64,000 nucleotides of DNA from the human T2T-CHM13v2.0 reference genome, Homo sapiens. Positions within the stretch are counted from its first letter, which is position 1, and each line of letters opens with the position of its first letter. The notes under the pieces are model-generated. The model made no database searches. It had not been told where the DNA came from and saw only the letters and a list, made by a program, of their open reading frames with translations. The stretch lies in the NCBI RefSeq assembly GCF_009914755.1, contig NC_060932.1. One strand, given 5' to 3'. Position numbers and translations under genes: made by a program. Of this stretch, positions 42,541-54,033 are shown in pieces.

Positions 42541-45500
42541 AAAGATGGTCACTTTCCTGGCTTCCTTTACCTTCTGACCTTTACACCTTCCTGTTGACCA
42601 GAAGCAGCAGTTTTAGCAGCAGGATAATGAAAGCCACAGTCAAAGCATAAAAGAAAAGATGCATAGAAGAGATCTGGTCTTTGATGAGATCTTTAGATGA
42701 TACCCTGGCCCTGGAAAATTGGGATGTTGGGTATTGGGGCAGAATAGTGTGAGAGGGAAATGTCAGCAAACAAATCTGTATATCATTCTTTGTTGCTATT
42801 AACTGAATTCAGGAAAAAGAATAACTTTCTTTTTGTTCGAATATTTAAGTTCTGTTAATATTTCTTTTAATTTGAAACAAATTTCATTGAGACCCTTAAA
42901 TCTTAATTTTAATTGCTGAATATATAAGCAAAGACATACTAAAAAAAATCTTTCAAGTTTGTTTCATATTCAAACTGCAAAATACAAAGATTAGGAACAT
43001 ATCAGATTATGCCATCTGCAAACTTCAGCAAACTAAGTTAATTTTTCTGGCTAGAAATCCTTAGTTTGGGTGCATTTTATAATTCCTTTCTTATTCTAAT
43101 TGAATAATGTCAAACAGTTGAAATAAAATTTAATTTTTCTAAGATGCATTTGGACTTATTTTCACTGTCAGCCCCCACCACCTTCCAGGAAAGACAGTAC
43201 ATGCCTTGTTATTCATGCCAGCTTTGGTACTGTTTCAATTATCTCATGGTTCAGGGAGTTGTTGGGTTTTAAATGGATACTCCCGCTATGGGAAATGGCT
43301 GCTGTTTTTCACCATATTTTCTCTTATCATCCACAGATAATTAGTTCTGCCTGACAAAGCGCATCACAAGGGACAACTCCATAGCTTTCATAAGCATCTC
43401 AGCAGTATCTTCCTTATGGCTAATTCTTCCTGAACCTGTTTAAAACTGCTTCATTGTAATTATTATTCTTCATCACTTGTTCACATTATACATGTAGGCA
43501 GTATTAACAGTACATGTAGCAGATATCTGCATGTCATCATTTTTAATGCTCCTAGATATTTGCAGAGCAGGAAATTGGGGCTTTAAAAAAATAAGCTTTC
43601 TCCTCTGGTCCTCAGTATCCATGCTTATGCACCATTATTGGAGCTCTGAACAGGTTACTAATGGATCTTAAATTCCTAAATATATTACCTCCTCCCACTC
43701 TACATAAACTGAGTTAACATGAAGGATAACAAATAATCTCTCCTTTACAGTAATAAAATATGTATAAATCATAAATGAAAGTCTATGAGTGCTTGTAATA
43801 TATATTTTTAAATTCTAAGAAACCATCAAATAAAAGAAACATCTATTTAGTAAAACCTTATCAAGAATGGGAAAGAAATCTCTATATTAAATATCTATAT
43901 CTGCTATAAAATATAATCCAAATAAAACTTGTTAAGTACAATTTTAATTCTTATAATCAAGGAAATCTGGTAATAACATGCTTAGATTGTATCTGATAAT
44001 CACATTTTGAAGAAAAAAATTAGTGAAATATATATGCTCTCTACTTAAACTCCCTAACACCTCTTTTTCAATTTACTCCCTTGTCTCATTTTCCTCTTTA
44101 AATCTGGATTCTTGAAACTTTAGCCCCTGTGATCTCTCCAGGTATTACATTTGCAGATCTCATCCATTCAAAGAGCCTCAACTCTCAAAATCTGTGCGAA
44201 TTACTCTCAAGACTCTGAAGAGACAACTGGGAAATTTAAGCTACAAGAAGCACTTTTTCTTATTAGCAACCGGGTAATTCTATCTGTATCTCTTCCTGTC
44301 ACTTCTAGCACAACATGTCCCCAAACTAAATTAACAACTTTTTCCAAGACAAGTTCCAACACCAATTCATCCCCCAACTCCCCCGCCTCTTTTTTTTTTT
44401 TTTTTTAAAGTAAACAAGGATACCTTCATTCTCTCAGGAAAAAGGTGACATCAAATTACCTTCTCTTTTTTCTTCTCAATCTTCCAAAACCTTTTCCCAA
44501 AGTCATTTCAGTTCTCACCTTTACACCTCTCTAGTGACATTGCCATAACACCGGTGATGTTTTTCCCTTAAGGACGGATAGCAGTAACAACCTTCTATGC
44601 GATGTGGGGTGTTCTGATTGCAAAGTTCTCACCAAAGAGATATTTTTAGAATCTTTCTAATGCTTTTCTTCTGTATCATCTATTTCTGCACAAAATCACC
44701 TCTTTCTCTTGAACTCTCAGCAACATTTGGCTCTCTTGACCACTCTTGCCATCTCAAAACTCTTCTAGTTTCCATTGCATTTTGACAGTTCCTTTGCAGT
44801 CTTAAACATTGGTGTTTCTTGGGAGCTTGTTAAGAGCTTCAAATCACACTGCAGATGGTGTGTAATTGCAGACAAATTACATCACCTCTCTGCATACCAC
44901 TTTCCTCATCTGTAAAATGAGGATTATAATAGTATCTATGCCATATGGTGTTACAGTATTAACTGATTTTATCCATATTTATTAGCCCTAATCTGGATCA
45001 CTCTCTTGAGCTCCAGATAAGTATTTTCCAATTGTGCAATAGAGATTTTCATTTGAATCTTTCACAGATACTTCTTTCCTTTGTTGTCTGTTCTTCTCAC
45101 AGCTTCCTTCACCTCATTTCTCTATAATTTCTCCTCTCTTCCAAAACTCCAAATTATCCTACAAGTTCTAGCTTGGCTATAGCCATAATGTAGGAGATAA
45201 GATCATGTGTAAGGAGAAAAGAGAGTAATAGAAGTATAAAGGACTTGACTTGAATAAGGGAAGCAGCTTCTTTATGTGAAAAACGGCGGGGGGAAAGCGT
45301 AGGCAGGACTTGTAAAAGACCACACAGCTGCAATTGAGGATGCTTTATCTTGAGGCATGTGCTGGACATAGCAACTTGCGTCCTCTATTTTTGTCTCCCC
45401 TGCATTGAGCTAGTAGTGTGGGGGGTGTTGCATGTCTGGAAAAAAGCTCACTTTAATGAGTGAACAAAACACATGAATGAGCAGAGAAATATATGAATAA

Positions 45501-47927
45501 GTAACTAAATGATGGTAGCCATGGACTGTGAAAATTTTTGTTCCCTGGCATTTCAGAAGGGGCACAAACTGGTAACAACTACAAAAGCCATTTAGCCTTG
45601 GGATAAAAGTTTCATATTATTGTTGAATTGCTATTTGGGGCAGGATTCTTACATTGTTGCAAGGATAATGATAAGTAATCTCAAAGATAAGCATGTGGAT
45701 TTGGATACTTCCGGGAATGCTTTTAACCTTGACATCCTGTCAGATGCTTAAGGATACAATTCTATTCAATATCAGAGCTATTTTTCCTGATTTGATCATT
45801 CCACAACGTTTACATGTATCAAAGTTTCACGTTGCACCCAATAAATATGTGTAACTATTCTTTGTCAATTAAAAATAAAATAAAACTTTTTTAAAAGCTG
45901 CCCTTTTGTTTGGGCTGCTTATTGAAATACTTGTCCTTAAAACTGTTTGGGACCTTACTTCTTCCTCTTGACAGGATTCTCCGTCTTCATAGAACACATA
46001 GCCAAATTACCCAGTGCTTTTTCCAAAGCCAAAAACGTACCTAGTTACTGATATCTACCCTACATCACACCACTTTGAGGGTGTGGCCCGGCTCTCTACC
46101 TGATTGACACATACAAATCAGGCCCTAAATTTTCACAAGTGATATCATTTCTACTACCTGAATGCTTGGTATCTTAAGCATATGAATTTCTATTTAGCAC
46201 TGTATCAGCACTTCAAGCATTTGTGAAATAATTCAACCATGATTTGACTGTGATCCAGTATTGGGGAAAGGCTTGCTTGAAAATCTGATATTTATCAATA
46301 TGTAGGGGACATATTAACTGTCCGTTACTCCAGGTTCTCAAAAACCAAACCCTGTGTAGTTACAGAATAGATAGAAAACAGAATCCTGCAGACATGCTTT
46401 TACTAAGTTGAAGTTTAATACTAGCTTCTCAATCTTTATATAAAGATAATATATAAATAATATTTCTTTGAAAGTCTTTCTTTATTGCAAAAGTATCATT
46501 ACAAGCATCTAATAATAAACTCTTTTGAGATTTTCGTACTAAAATAAAGTTAATATTGCCTAGTAAATTTGTGCGTTTCCTTCATTAGTCAATGAGAACA
46601 AAGATTCTCAGGTGAAATAATATTTTGTTGAGGAAACTAATTCATGCCAGATGCCAGCTATATTGATTTCTCTGCAAACTTTAGGAAATTTTTTAATATT
46701 ATAAAAAACTTTAAGATCATTTTTTAAAAAAACTTAAGGATAATTAAGTACAATCAATTATGGATCCATTTACATTTTAATCTGAATTTAAAATATTGAG
46801 AATCTTTACAGATGATATGAATGATATACTGCTTTTCTGTGATGTGAGGCTTAACTGGAATGTTTATTTGTAGGTTTGTTGTTGAAATATTCATATTTTG
46901 TCCAGTGGCTTACTCGTAGTTCATTATATTTTTATTGGGAAAGCCTGTGTTTGATCTTTGCTCCTGTTTTCTCTGGAGCTTGAAATGAATAAAACAACAA
47001 ATAATTTACTGCCCTGAAGCCAAACAGCTGAGGGCTGTGATCTTCTCAGGTCTTAACAAGTTTGACCCCCACTACACTGAAGAGGGAGAAATATCCACAG
47101 GGGAAAAAGAAGGAATTTGGGGAATACAGACATATACATATCACATACATAATCACTATTTCCTATAATTATCTTTACCAAATGCCTATTTACACATCTG
47201 TTAGTATAAAAGGTTACTGTCCTATCTCACCCCACGTACATACCTAGAATATGTATAGGAAGATATAAGAGATCTGAGTTCTGAGAGAGAGTAAAAAGAG
47301 AACAGAGGGTGTCAGAGGAAATTAAGAATATAAAACAGAAAAGTTATACAAAAACAACCTATTTATGGTTTCAATGAGACCAAAAAGAATACAGATCTGT
47401 ACATACCACAACTTAATCAACTGTTTCCTGTAACTTTTTTTTACCAAATGTCTATTCACACATATGTTAGTACAAAGGATGCAAATGAGTAAATATTAAT
47501 TATTTAAATGTTCAGCTGTCTCATTAGAGGCTGCAGAGAATATTGTCACATGATTGTCATAATAAAATTATTTTAATATACTTACCTAGCCTTTGAAAAT
47601 CTGTTAATTTCATTCCTAGAAAAGGAAATTTTATCTTCCACTTTTAAGATTATTATTGATAAAAATAAATAATTTACTAAATTTCACAGAAATTACAAGT
47701 ATTATTGACAGGAGACCGAGACTTGATAATAATCAACTGATGCCATATATTCATCTCTTGATTGCTATAATCTTTAAACAAAGAACAAATGAATAACCCC
47801 TAACTCAAAAAAATAATTTGAGTTTAATTAAATTAATATCGATACTTAAAATCCACATAATCTCTAAACCTAAGGTTTTAAAAATGAAAACAAGTAAACA
47901 AATGAAAAAAAACCAGAATAATAACTT

Positions 47928-48225
47928 CAGCTCTCTGTACCTGTAGGTTCTGAATCCTCACAGATTTAATCAACCATGAATTGAAAATATTTTGGAAAAA
48001 TAAAAACCAATAAAACAATAAAGAATACAAATTTAAAAGCAATATAGTATGACAACTATTCACATAGCATTTACATTGCACTAAGTATTATAAGTAACCT
48101 AGAGATGATTTAAAGTATGGGGAAGTGCATAAGTTATATGCAAACAATATACCATCTTAAAACTTGAGCATACAAGATTTTGGTACTTGAGGAAGCAGTC
48201 CCCCATATCTAGGGATGACTTTGTA
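47928..48225. mobile_element. MER2 (Tigger-derived) DNA transposon MITE
   Basis: acaactattcacatagcatttacattgcactaagtattataagtaacctagagatgatttaaagtat. Confidence 0.8.
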
Positions 48226-49254
48226 TCATGGTATACAAAGGGACAACTTCATACCTTAAAATCTTGTGGGTGGACAGTAAAATGTCAGTTTTCTCTGTAC
48301 ATCTTCAAGATTTTTCTACTTAAAATTACTTTTGCAGTGAGATCAGTCTGGTCATTCAGATCAACAAATCTCTTGATTTGTAGATATAAATAAAGGTACC
48401 TCTTTCTGTTTTTTTCTCTCCCTTTTTTAAAAAATGTTACTTCCTCTGATTTAGAGTTTTGTTAACCTCAGCAACATTGTTTCCTGGAGTTTTTAGGCAA
48501 AAACATTATTTTTCTAATGTGCTTTTGCCACATGCATTTTAAGACTCATCGGTATGACCCAAATCTGTCCGGTGTTTGCACTTGTCATACATTTCTCAAG
48601 TATTATTTTGGAGATTTTCCAGGCCCGCAGTGCTCTTGGTCATACAATTTTCCTTTCTCTCTCCTCCTCTCTTTTCTATCCTTACTTCCTCTATGTATTT
48701 TTAAATTAGTAATATTTTTAACCTGTAGAACTTTTACGGTGCCTATTTCTGGCTCCAGAATAGCAGTATTTATATCTTTAGCTCCTAAAATCTGAAGAAG
48801 CGTCTTGGATGAATTCACAGCTGCTAAATTTATAAAGTGACATTTTAAACTGTGTTTAGAATGGATTATTGTCAGATCAGTAATCAGTGAATAATAGCAA
48901 ATGATGCAGAACCCTAAACATGTCTTGTTCTTTTTTCTCTCTGTGCCTCAAGTATATTTATCAGGAAACACCTCAGTGATTTCTTTTGTACACACCCTGT
49001 CACTATTGCAGGCTACTGTATCATAGAACTATACTCCATGTATTTAATTCAAAATAAACATATTGATACAATAATACTAGTAGACATTAATTTGTTCTAC
49101 ATTAACTTTCTAGAGAATAGACATTTTATTAATTTAATATGGAAATAAATATGAGTGTACCTAAATCATAATAAACCTTAACGTATTATGTATTTTAGTC
49201 TACATATCAGAATTTTTTGAATTCCATTAATATACAATGTGAAGAGTGAAATAA

Positions 49255-49445
49255 AACACTTGGGCCTCTTCGAGGGTGGAGGGTAGGAAGAGCGAGAGGA
49301 TCAGGAAAAATAACTAATGGGTACTAGGCTTGATACGTGGGTGATGAAATAATCTGTATAACAAATCCCTATGACACAAGTTTACCTATGCAACAAGCCT
49401 ACACTTGTACCCCTGAACTTAAAGTAAAAGTTAAAAATATATTTA
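49255..49445 (+). mobile_element. L1PA 3'-terminal fragment
   Basis: gaggatcaggaaaaataactaatgggtactaggctt...tgtacccctgaacttaaa. Confidence 0.85.
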
Positions 49446-52400
49446 AAAAAACAGTTGAAATATATTAAAAATTAAATTACACAGAAATTGTGGTAGTGCT
49501 TCTTGCTTTATTTTACTCATGACATATTATAATGTTAATATTTGTTTTCATATATTTTCTTTGGTTATTTGTACACATTATTTCACATGTCTTTGTCTTG
49601 GTATTTGTAGTTTCTCCAAACAAAAGTATTGGAAAAAATGCTATCAGACGTTGAAAGAGAAGTATCAGTAAAGTATAGTAATAGGCAGAGACAGGACAAA
49701 TAAGGAAAAAAATTAATCAAAAATAAAATTCATAAAGTTATGAAAAAAATTAGCAAGCAAAATGAAAGAAAATGATTTGAGGGTACTGAATGTAAAAGTA
49801 TGCATTTAAACCATGATATTATAACCTAATTTCTAAGTGTATATTTATATTTTATATATATATATATAGTTATGGTTCATATATCTTCAATATTTTCTTA
49901 TGGAAACAAACATTGAGATTACATAGCATAAATTTTAAAATAGATTTTTTTCCTCAGTTACCATCATTTGTTTTATCTTACATTTAGTGTACTTTTCAAT
50001 TATACCATGGCTTAGCTTGGAATGGACATGAACAGTTTACATGAAAACTTTGTTTTAAAAAGTCTCTGTAGTCAACTCCTGAAGACGTAACCACGATAAC
50101 ATGACCACATCTTTTGTACAGATTTTTCGTTAAGAAAAATTTAACCCCCTCACTTCTGCATTTCGTTTATTTTCTTCAGGTATTTTATAGAATCAAAAAG
50201 GTGAATATAAATATGTGTACTACAATGGTTATTTGTGGCAATAATAGGACTAAATTAATTCTCACAAATCTATTTTAGATCTACTGAATTTGAGCAAATC
50301 ATGCCTTTGTTAATTGGCTTTGATGACATTACTGAAGAGTATTCAGTATCTTTGATGTATTTTTTGAATTTTTTTATTCTAGCTGTAAAACCAGATATAA
50401 TTTTGGTTCAATCCTGTTTTTCCTGTGTACTAACAATAGAATCATGTGCAAATTACTCAAAATCTCTGACTTTATTTTTCTAATGGTTAAAATGCGTATA
50501 AAGTCAATGTCATGGAGCTGTTACAAAAATTAAATGAGTGGCTATACTTTCTAAATACCAGTTGCCTCAACCTGACTTTGTTTACTCTTGTTTATAATGC
50601 AGTGATACAACCCAAAAAGATGAAAATGGCACACTGGAAATAAACGATAGTGGAATATTTTGAGTACTCTAATGTAATTATATAAGTAAACGGGAAAAGT
50701 GCAGGGAGGATATTGATGTCTTGCTTTTCTTCAGCAGAGCTGCATTAACATAAAGGGGAGTCATTTTATTGAATAATAAAAGACTGACAATCACTGTGAT
50801 TGGCTGACAGCCATTAGTGCAGTGTAATTCTAAATAGCTTGTTTTTCAAAGTTCTTCTTGAATAACTCTTCCCAGCCTGGTTGAAAGGTTCAAAACTCAT
50901 TTTTAAAGTGAAGTTTTTCACATTTGAATACCACTGTGATATGAATGATGGAAAAAGATATGCATTAAAATATTTTCTTCTTAAATGTTTAGAATCAGAT
51001 ATATTTTCAAATGGAAGAGAAAATGTGGAAAATTTAACAAACTAAGTTTTAAATCCTAGATAAAATTAATTCAGGACTTGTGGAAGAAAAAGATCACGTG
51101 TAAAGAGATCTTACTTAATAAAATAAAATAAAATAAGTCCAACATGTTTTACAGCGAGAGCACAATATTTGATCTGTATTAGCCAGCTTAAAATTCTGTG
51201 ATTTCCGAGTAGAACTCAAGGCTTCCAAAGTTATCAAATCCACTTTGATGTATTCATCTCTCTCTGTCAGTATTCCTAATCAACAGTCCTCCCTGGAAAG
51301 TATGTATAATAAGTGGGTGTACAGTTGGCAACTCACCAAAATAAATATTTAGTGATATTTTAATGGCTATTTTAAATCTCTTATTTAAATTGCGGATTAA
51401 AACTTTATTTGGCCAATGAATTCTGAGCACAATGTTTGAGGACCATATTTGCTACTGAAGCTCTGTGTGAAGGATGTGTACTTAATTTTCAGAATGTCGA
51501 GGTTAGATCATCTCTGATGGAGGCATTTTATATGAAACGTCAGCATTGGAAACATTGAGATAAAGATCGGGAGCAGGAATCTTTGAACTGCAGAATTGTG
51601 TTAATTGCTCATTCTCAAATATAGAGACGCCAATTAATTCCACACAACCTAGATTCAAAGCAGCACAGGGAAATGGTCCTGAGGTGAGTATTGTACAAAA
51701 ATGAAGAAAAATAGATGTGTTCTAGCGTCCACAAAGCTGATTCTTCAACAGGCAGTAATAGAAGCCCAATGCACCCAGCGATTGGCTGATGGCATCTTTG
51801 TTCAGGCGATCGATGAGCGCCCTAACCCACACGCTGGGTGGAGAAATCCCTCTGCCACCCTCACCTTCAGAATCCACTGCTCAGCCACCTGGCTCCCGCG
51901 GGGTGCGCCACCGCCTCACTGCTGGTACACGTCTCCCCCTCTCGACCGCCAAGTGCTTGCTCCCTCCAGGCGAGCACTCACACAATGGACTCACTTGTTT
52001 CCCATGCCCCTCTCCTTTGACTTCCAGCCTCAGCGAACAACTTGAGCAAGAGTCAAACAGGAGTCTCTGCCATGGAGCATAGACCCTTGGAGCTTTCCAG
52101 ACCAGCTCAGAAGCACGGGCGCACACACAGACAAAACAATGCCTTGTCCACGAATGAATAAAGGACACCCATGCCCCCACCCACCGCTCCGCAACCCGCA
52201 GAAAGAAACCCGGGACGGGGTTTCCTAAATAAGAGATTTTGTTGTGTCTTTCAAACTGCAAGCATTCCCCTTGAAGACGGCGAAAGAGAGGCTGTGCGTT
52301 CAGATGGCAATAAAGATTGACAGTGGCTTTGCCCGTGACAACGCCCCCAGCATCGCGCTGAGCCAGGTTCCCTGAGAACCGGGAGGGGGAAACGCAGATC

Positions 52401-52699
52401 TAGGGAGGAGGGAACAGCAGAGGCAAAGGCAGCTTGGGAGGGATGGGAAATGGAAAATCAGGGAAACAAACAAACAAACAAACAAAATGAATGAGTGAAT
52501 GTGGGCTTGAATAGTAAAACTTCCAGAGAGAAGACGATGGGATCTCTCCCCAGGTAACTACCTGTAGATGAAAAATAGATGAAATACACAAGGAAGTGGC
52601 AAGCAACAACTTTGAGGTGAGCAGCAAGTTGTGCACCTCCTCTCAAGGCGCTGGATCAGCACCCCTGAGCTGCCCCCACAGCACACACTCCCAATGCGA

Positions 52700-52768
52700 G
52701 GCGGCGGCGGCAGCAACAGAGGCAGCAGCAGCAATCGCGGCAGCAGCGGCAGAGGCGGCGGCAGCTGC
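52700..52768 (+). repeat. Imperfect (GGC/GCA)n repeat
   Basis: gcggcggcggcagcaacagaggcagcagcagcaatcgcggcagcagcggcagaggcggcggcagc. Confidence 0.85.
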
Positions 52769-52905
52769 GCGCCTCGGGCCCAACCCCGCTCGGCTCCCCC
52801 TCTCGCCGGCGCCCTGCCTGTCTTGCGTGTGCGTGTGCGTGTGCTCAGCCTAGCGTGAGGGGCACCTGCTCGTCTGGGCTCACAGCGAAGGCAGCCTCGC
52901 CGCGA

Positions 52906-52981
52906 GCTGCCGCTGCCGCTGCTGCCGCCACTGGTGTTGCCGCTCTCAGGCGCCAGGCTCCCCGTCGCCGCCGCCGCCGCC
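52906..52981 (+). repeat. (GCTGCC)n and (GCC)n repeats
   Basis: gctgccgctgccgctgctgccgcc and cgccgccgccgccgcc. Confidence 0.85.
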
Positions 52982-53575
52982 TCGCCAGCCAGAGTTGGGC
53001 TCCGTGGGCTTCCCCCCTCGCAGCCTCGGTCCTTCCCCGCTGCCTGCAAGTCAGCCTGGCTCCGAGTCACGTGTCAGTGCCTGAGGCAGAGACTGCGAGA
53101 AAAAAACGCGCTTCATTCCTTCTTCCACCGCCATACTGTATTTTATACTAAATCTCATTTTTATTCCAACATTTTACTCCCGCTCGGTGAGTACCTTCTC
53201 AGTGGCATTCTTGTCCTATTCTTTTTTTTGTCCTTTTTTTTGGTTTTTTGTTTTTTTTGTTTTTGTTTTTTTTCTTTTTTTCCACTTCTTTGATTATTGT
53301 TTATATTTGGGAAAGCTGGAGGAGCATGGTTTTGAGCCTTTTCCTGAATCCAAGTTTTTCTAGCATGCGATCGTTCTGTAGACAAGGCGCTGTGTCTCGG
53401 AGTCCGCGGCGACCGTGCCCGCTGGGAGCGTCTCCCAAGTCCAGCAAAATGTGCAACTGGTTTTATGGAAAAAGCGATGTGAAGTATGGTGCCTATTTTT
53501 TTCCTTTGTAAAAATAAAAAGCATGTTTCTAACTCTTTTTTTGCATACTCTTTTTCTGATAACATTTTTGTATAG

Positions 53576-54033
53576 GTGGGATTTTACGGCAGTGTTTACA
53601 AGTTTGTGGTCTTGCAATACTGGTGCAAACCACTGAGCAAAGACATTAATTTTATATTTTTTGTGCCCTTTTTGGAAGCCGGTGAAAACAAATTCGTTTT
53701 TTTTCCCTCCTGTTTTTGATACCCATTGATAACATGAAACTTTTCTTACAGCTGGTGATTGGGATCATTTTTAAGCAAAATACTTTTTTCCTCCTTTAAA
53801 TTAACTATGACTTTTGCACATTTGACTTTTTTAAAAAACCGAGATAATTTTATGATAGATATCCTGATATCTATATCTATATTGTCCCTTATTTCTCCCC
53901 CTTCCCTCCCCGTAATTCAATTTTCAAATGATGGCAGTGGAAGGTTTTTCTGGAAAAAAAAAAAATGAAGTGCGGTTTGGTTTCCTTGTCAACGGAGGAT
54001 GAAGTGAACAGCTGAGCAGCTCGCAGAGAGCAG
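53576..54033 (+). other. Candidate second or extended 5'UTR exon (AT-rich)
   Basis: Branch-like TTCTAAC at 53527, pyrimidine tract and TAG at 53573-53575; alternative acceptor ttttcttacag ending 53751; donor CAG|GTACTT after 54033. Confidence 0.45.

Larger units (their letters stand above)
52690..53186 (+). other. Candidate non-coding first exon (5'UTR) of a large plus-strand gene; tentatively ADGRL3/LPHN3, unverified
   Basis: GC-rich leader with GCN/GCC repeats ending at a strong donor TCG|GTGAGT; no coding exon in the next 10 kb. Start is approximate. Gene guess rests on recollection of locus architecture only. Confidence 0.55.

Noticed and set aside
44548-44620. Possible C/D-box snoRNA (gtgatgt...ctga about 64 nt apart)
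   Set aside because: Imperfect C box, the only stem closes before the D box, no recognisable guide, and no evident host intron
52655-52676. Possible REST/RE1 site (tcagcacc)
   Set aside because: Only the left half matches; the GGACAG half is absent
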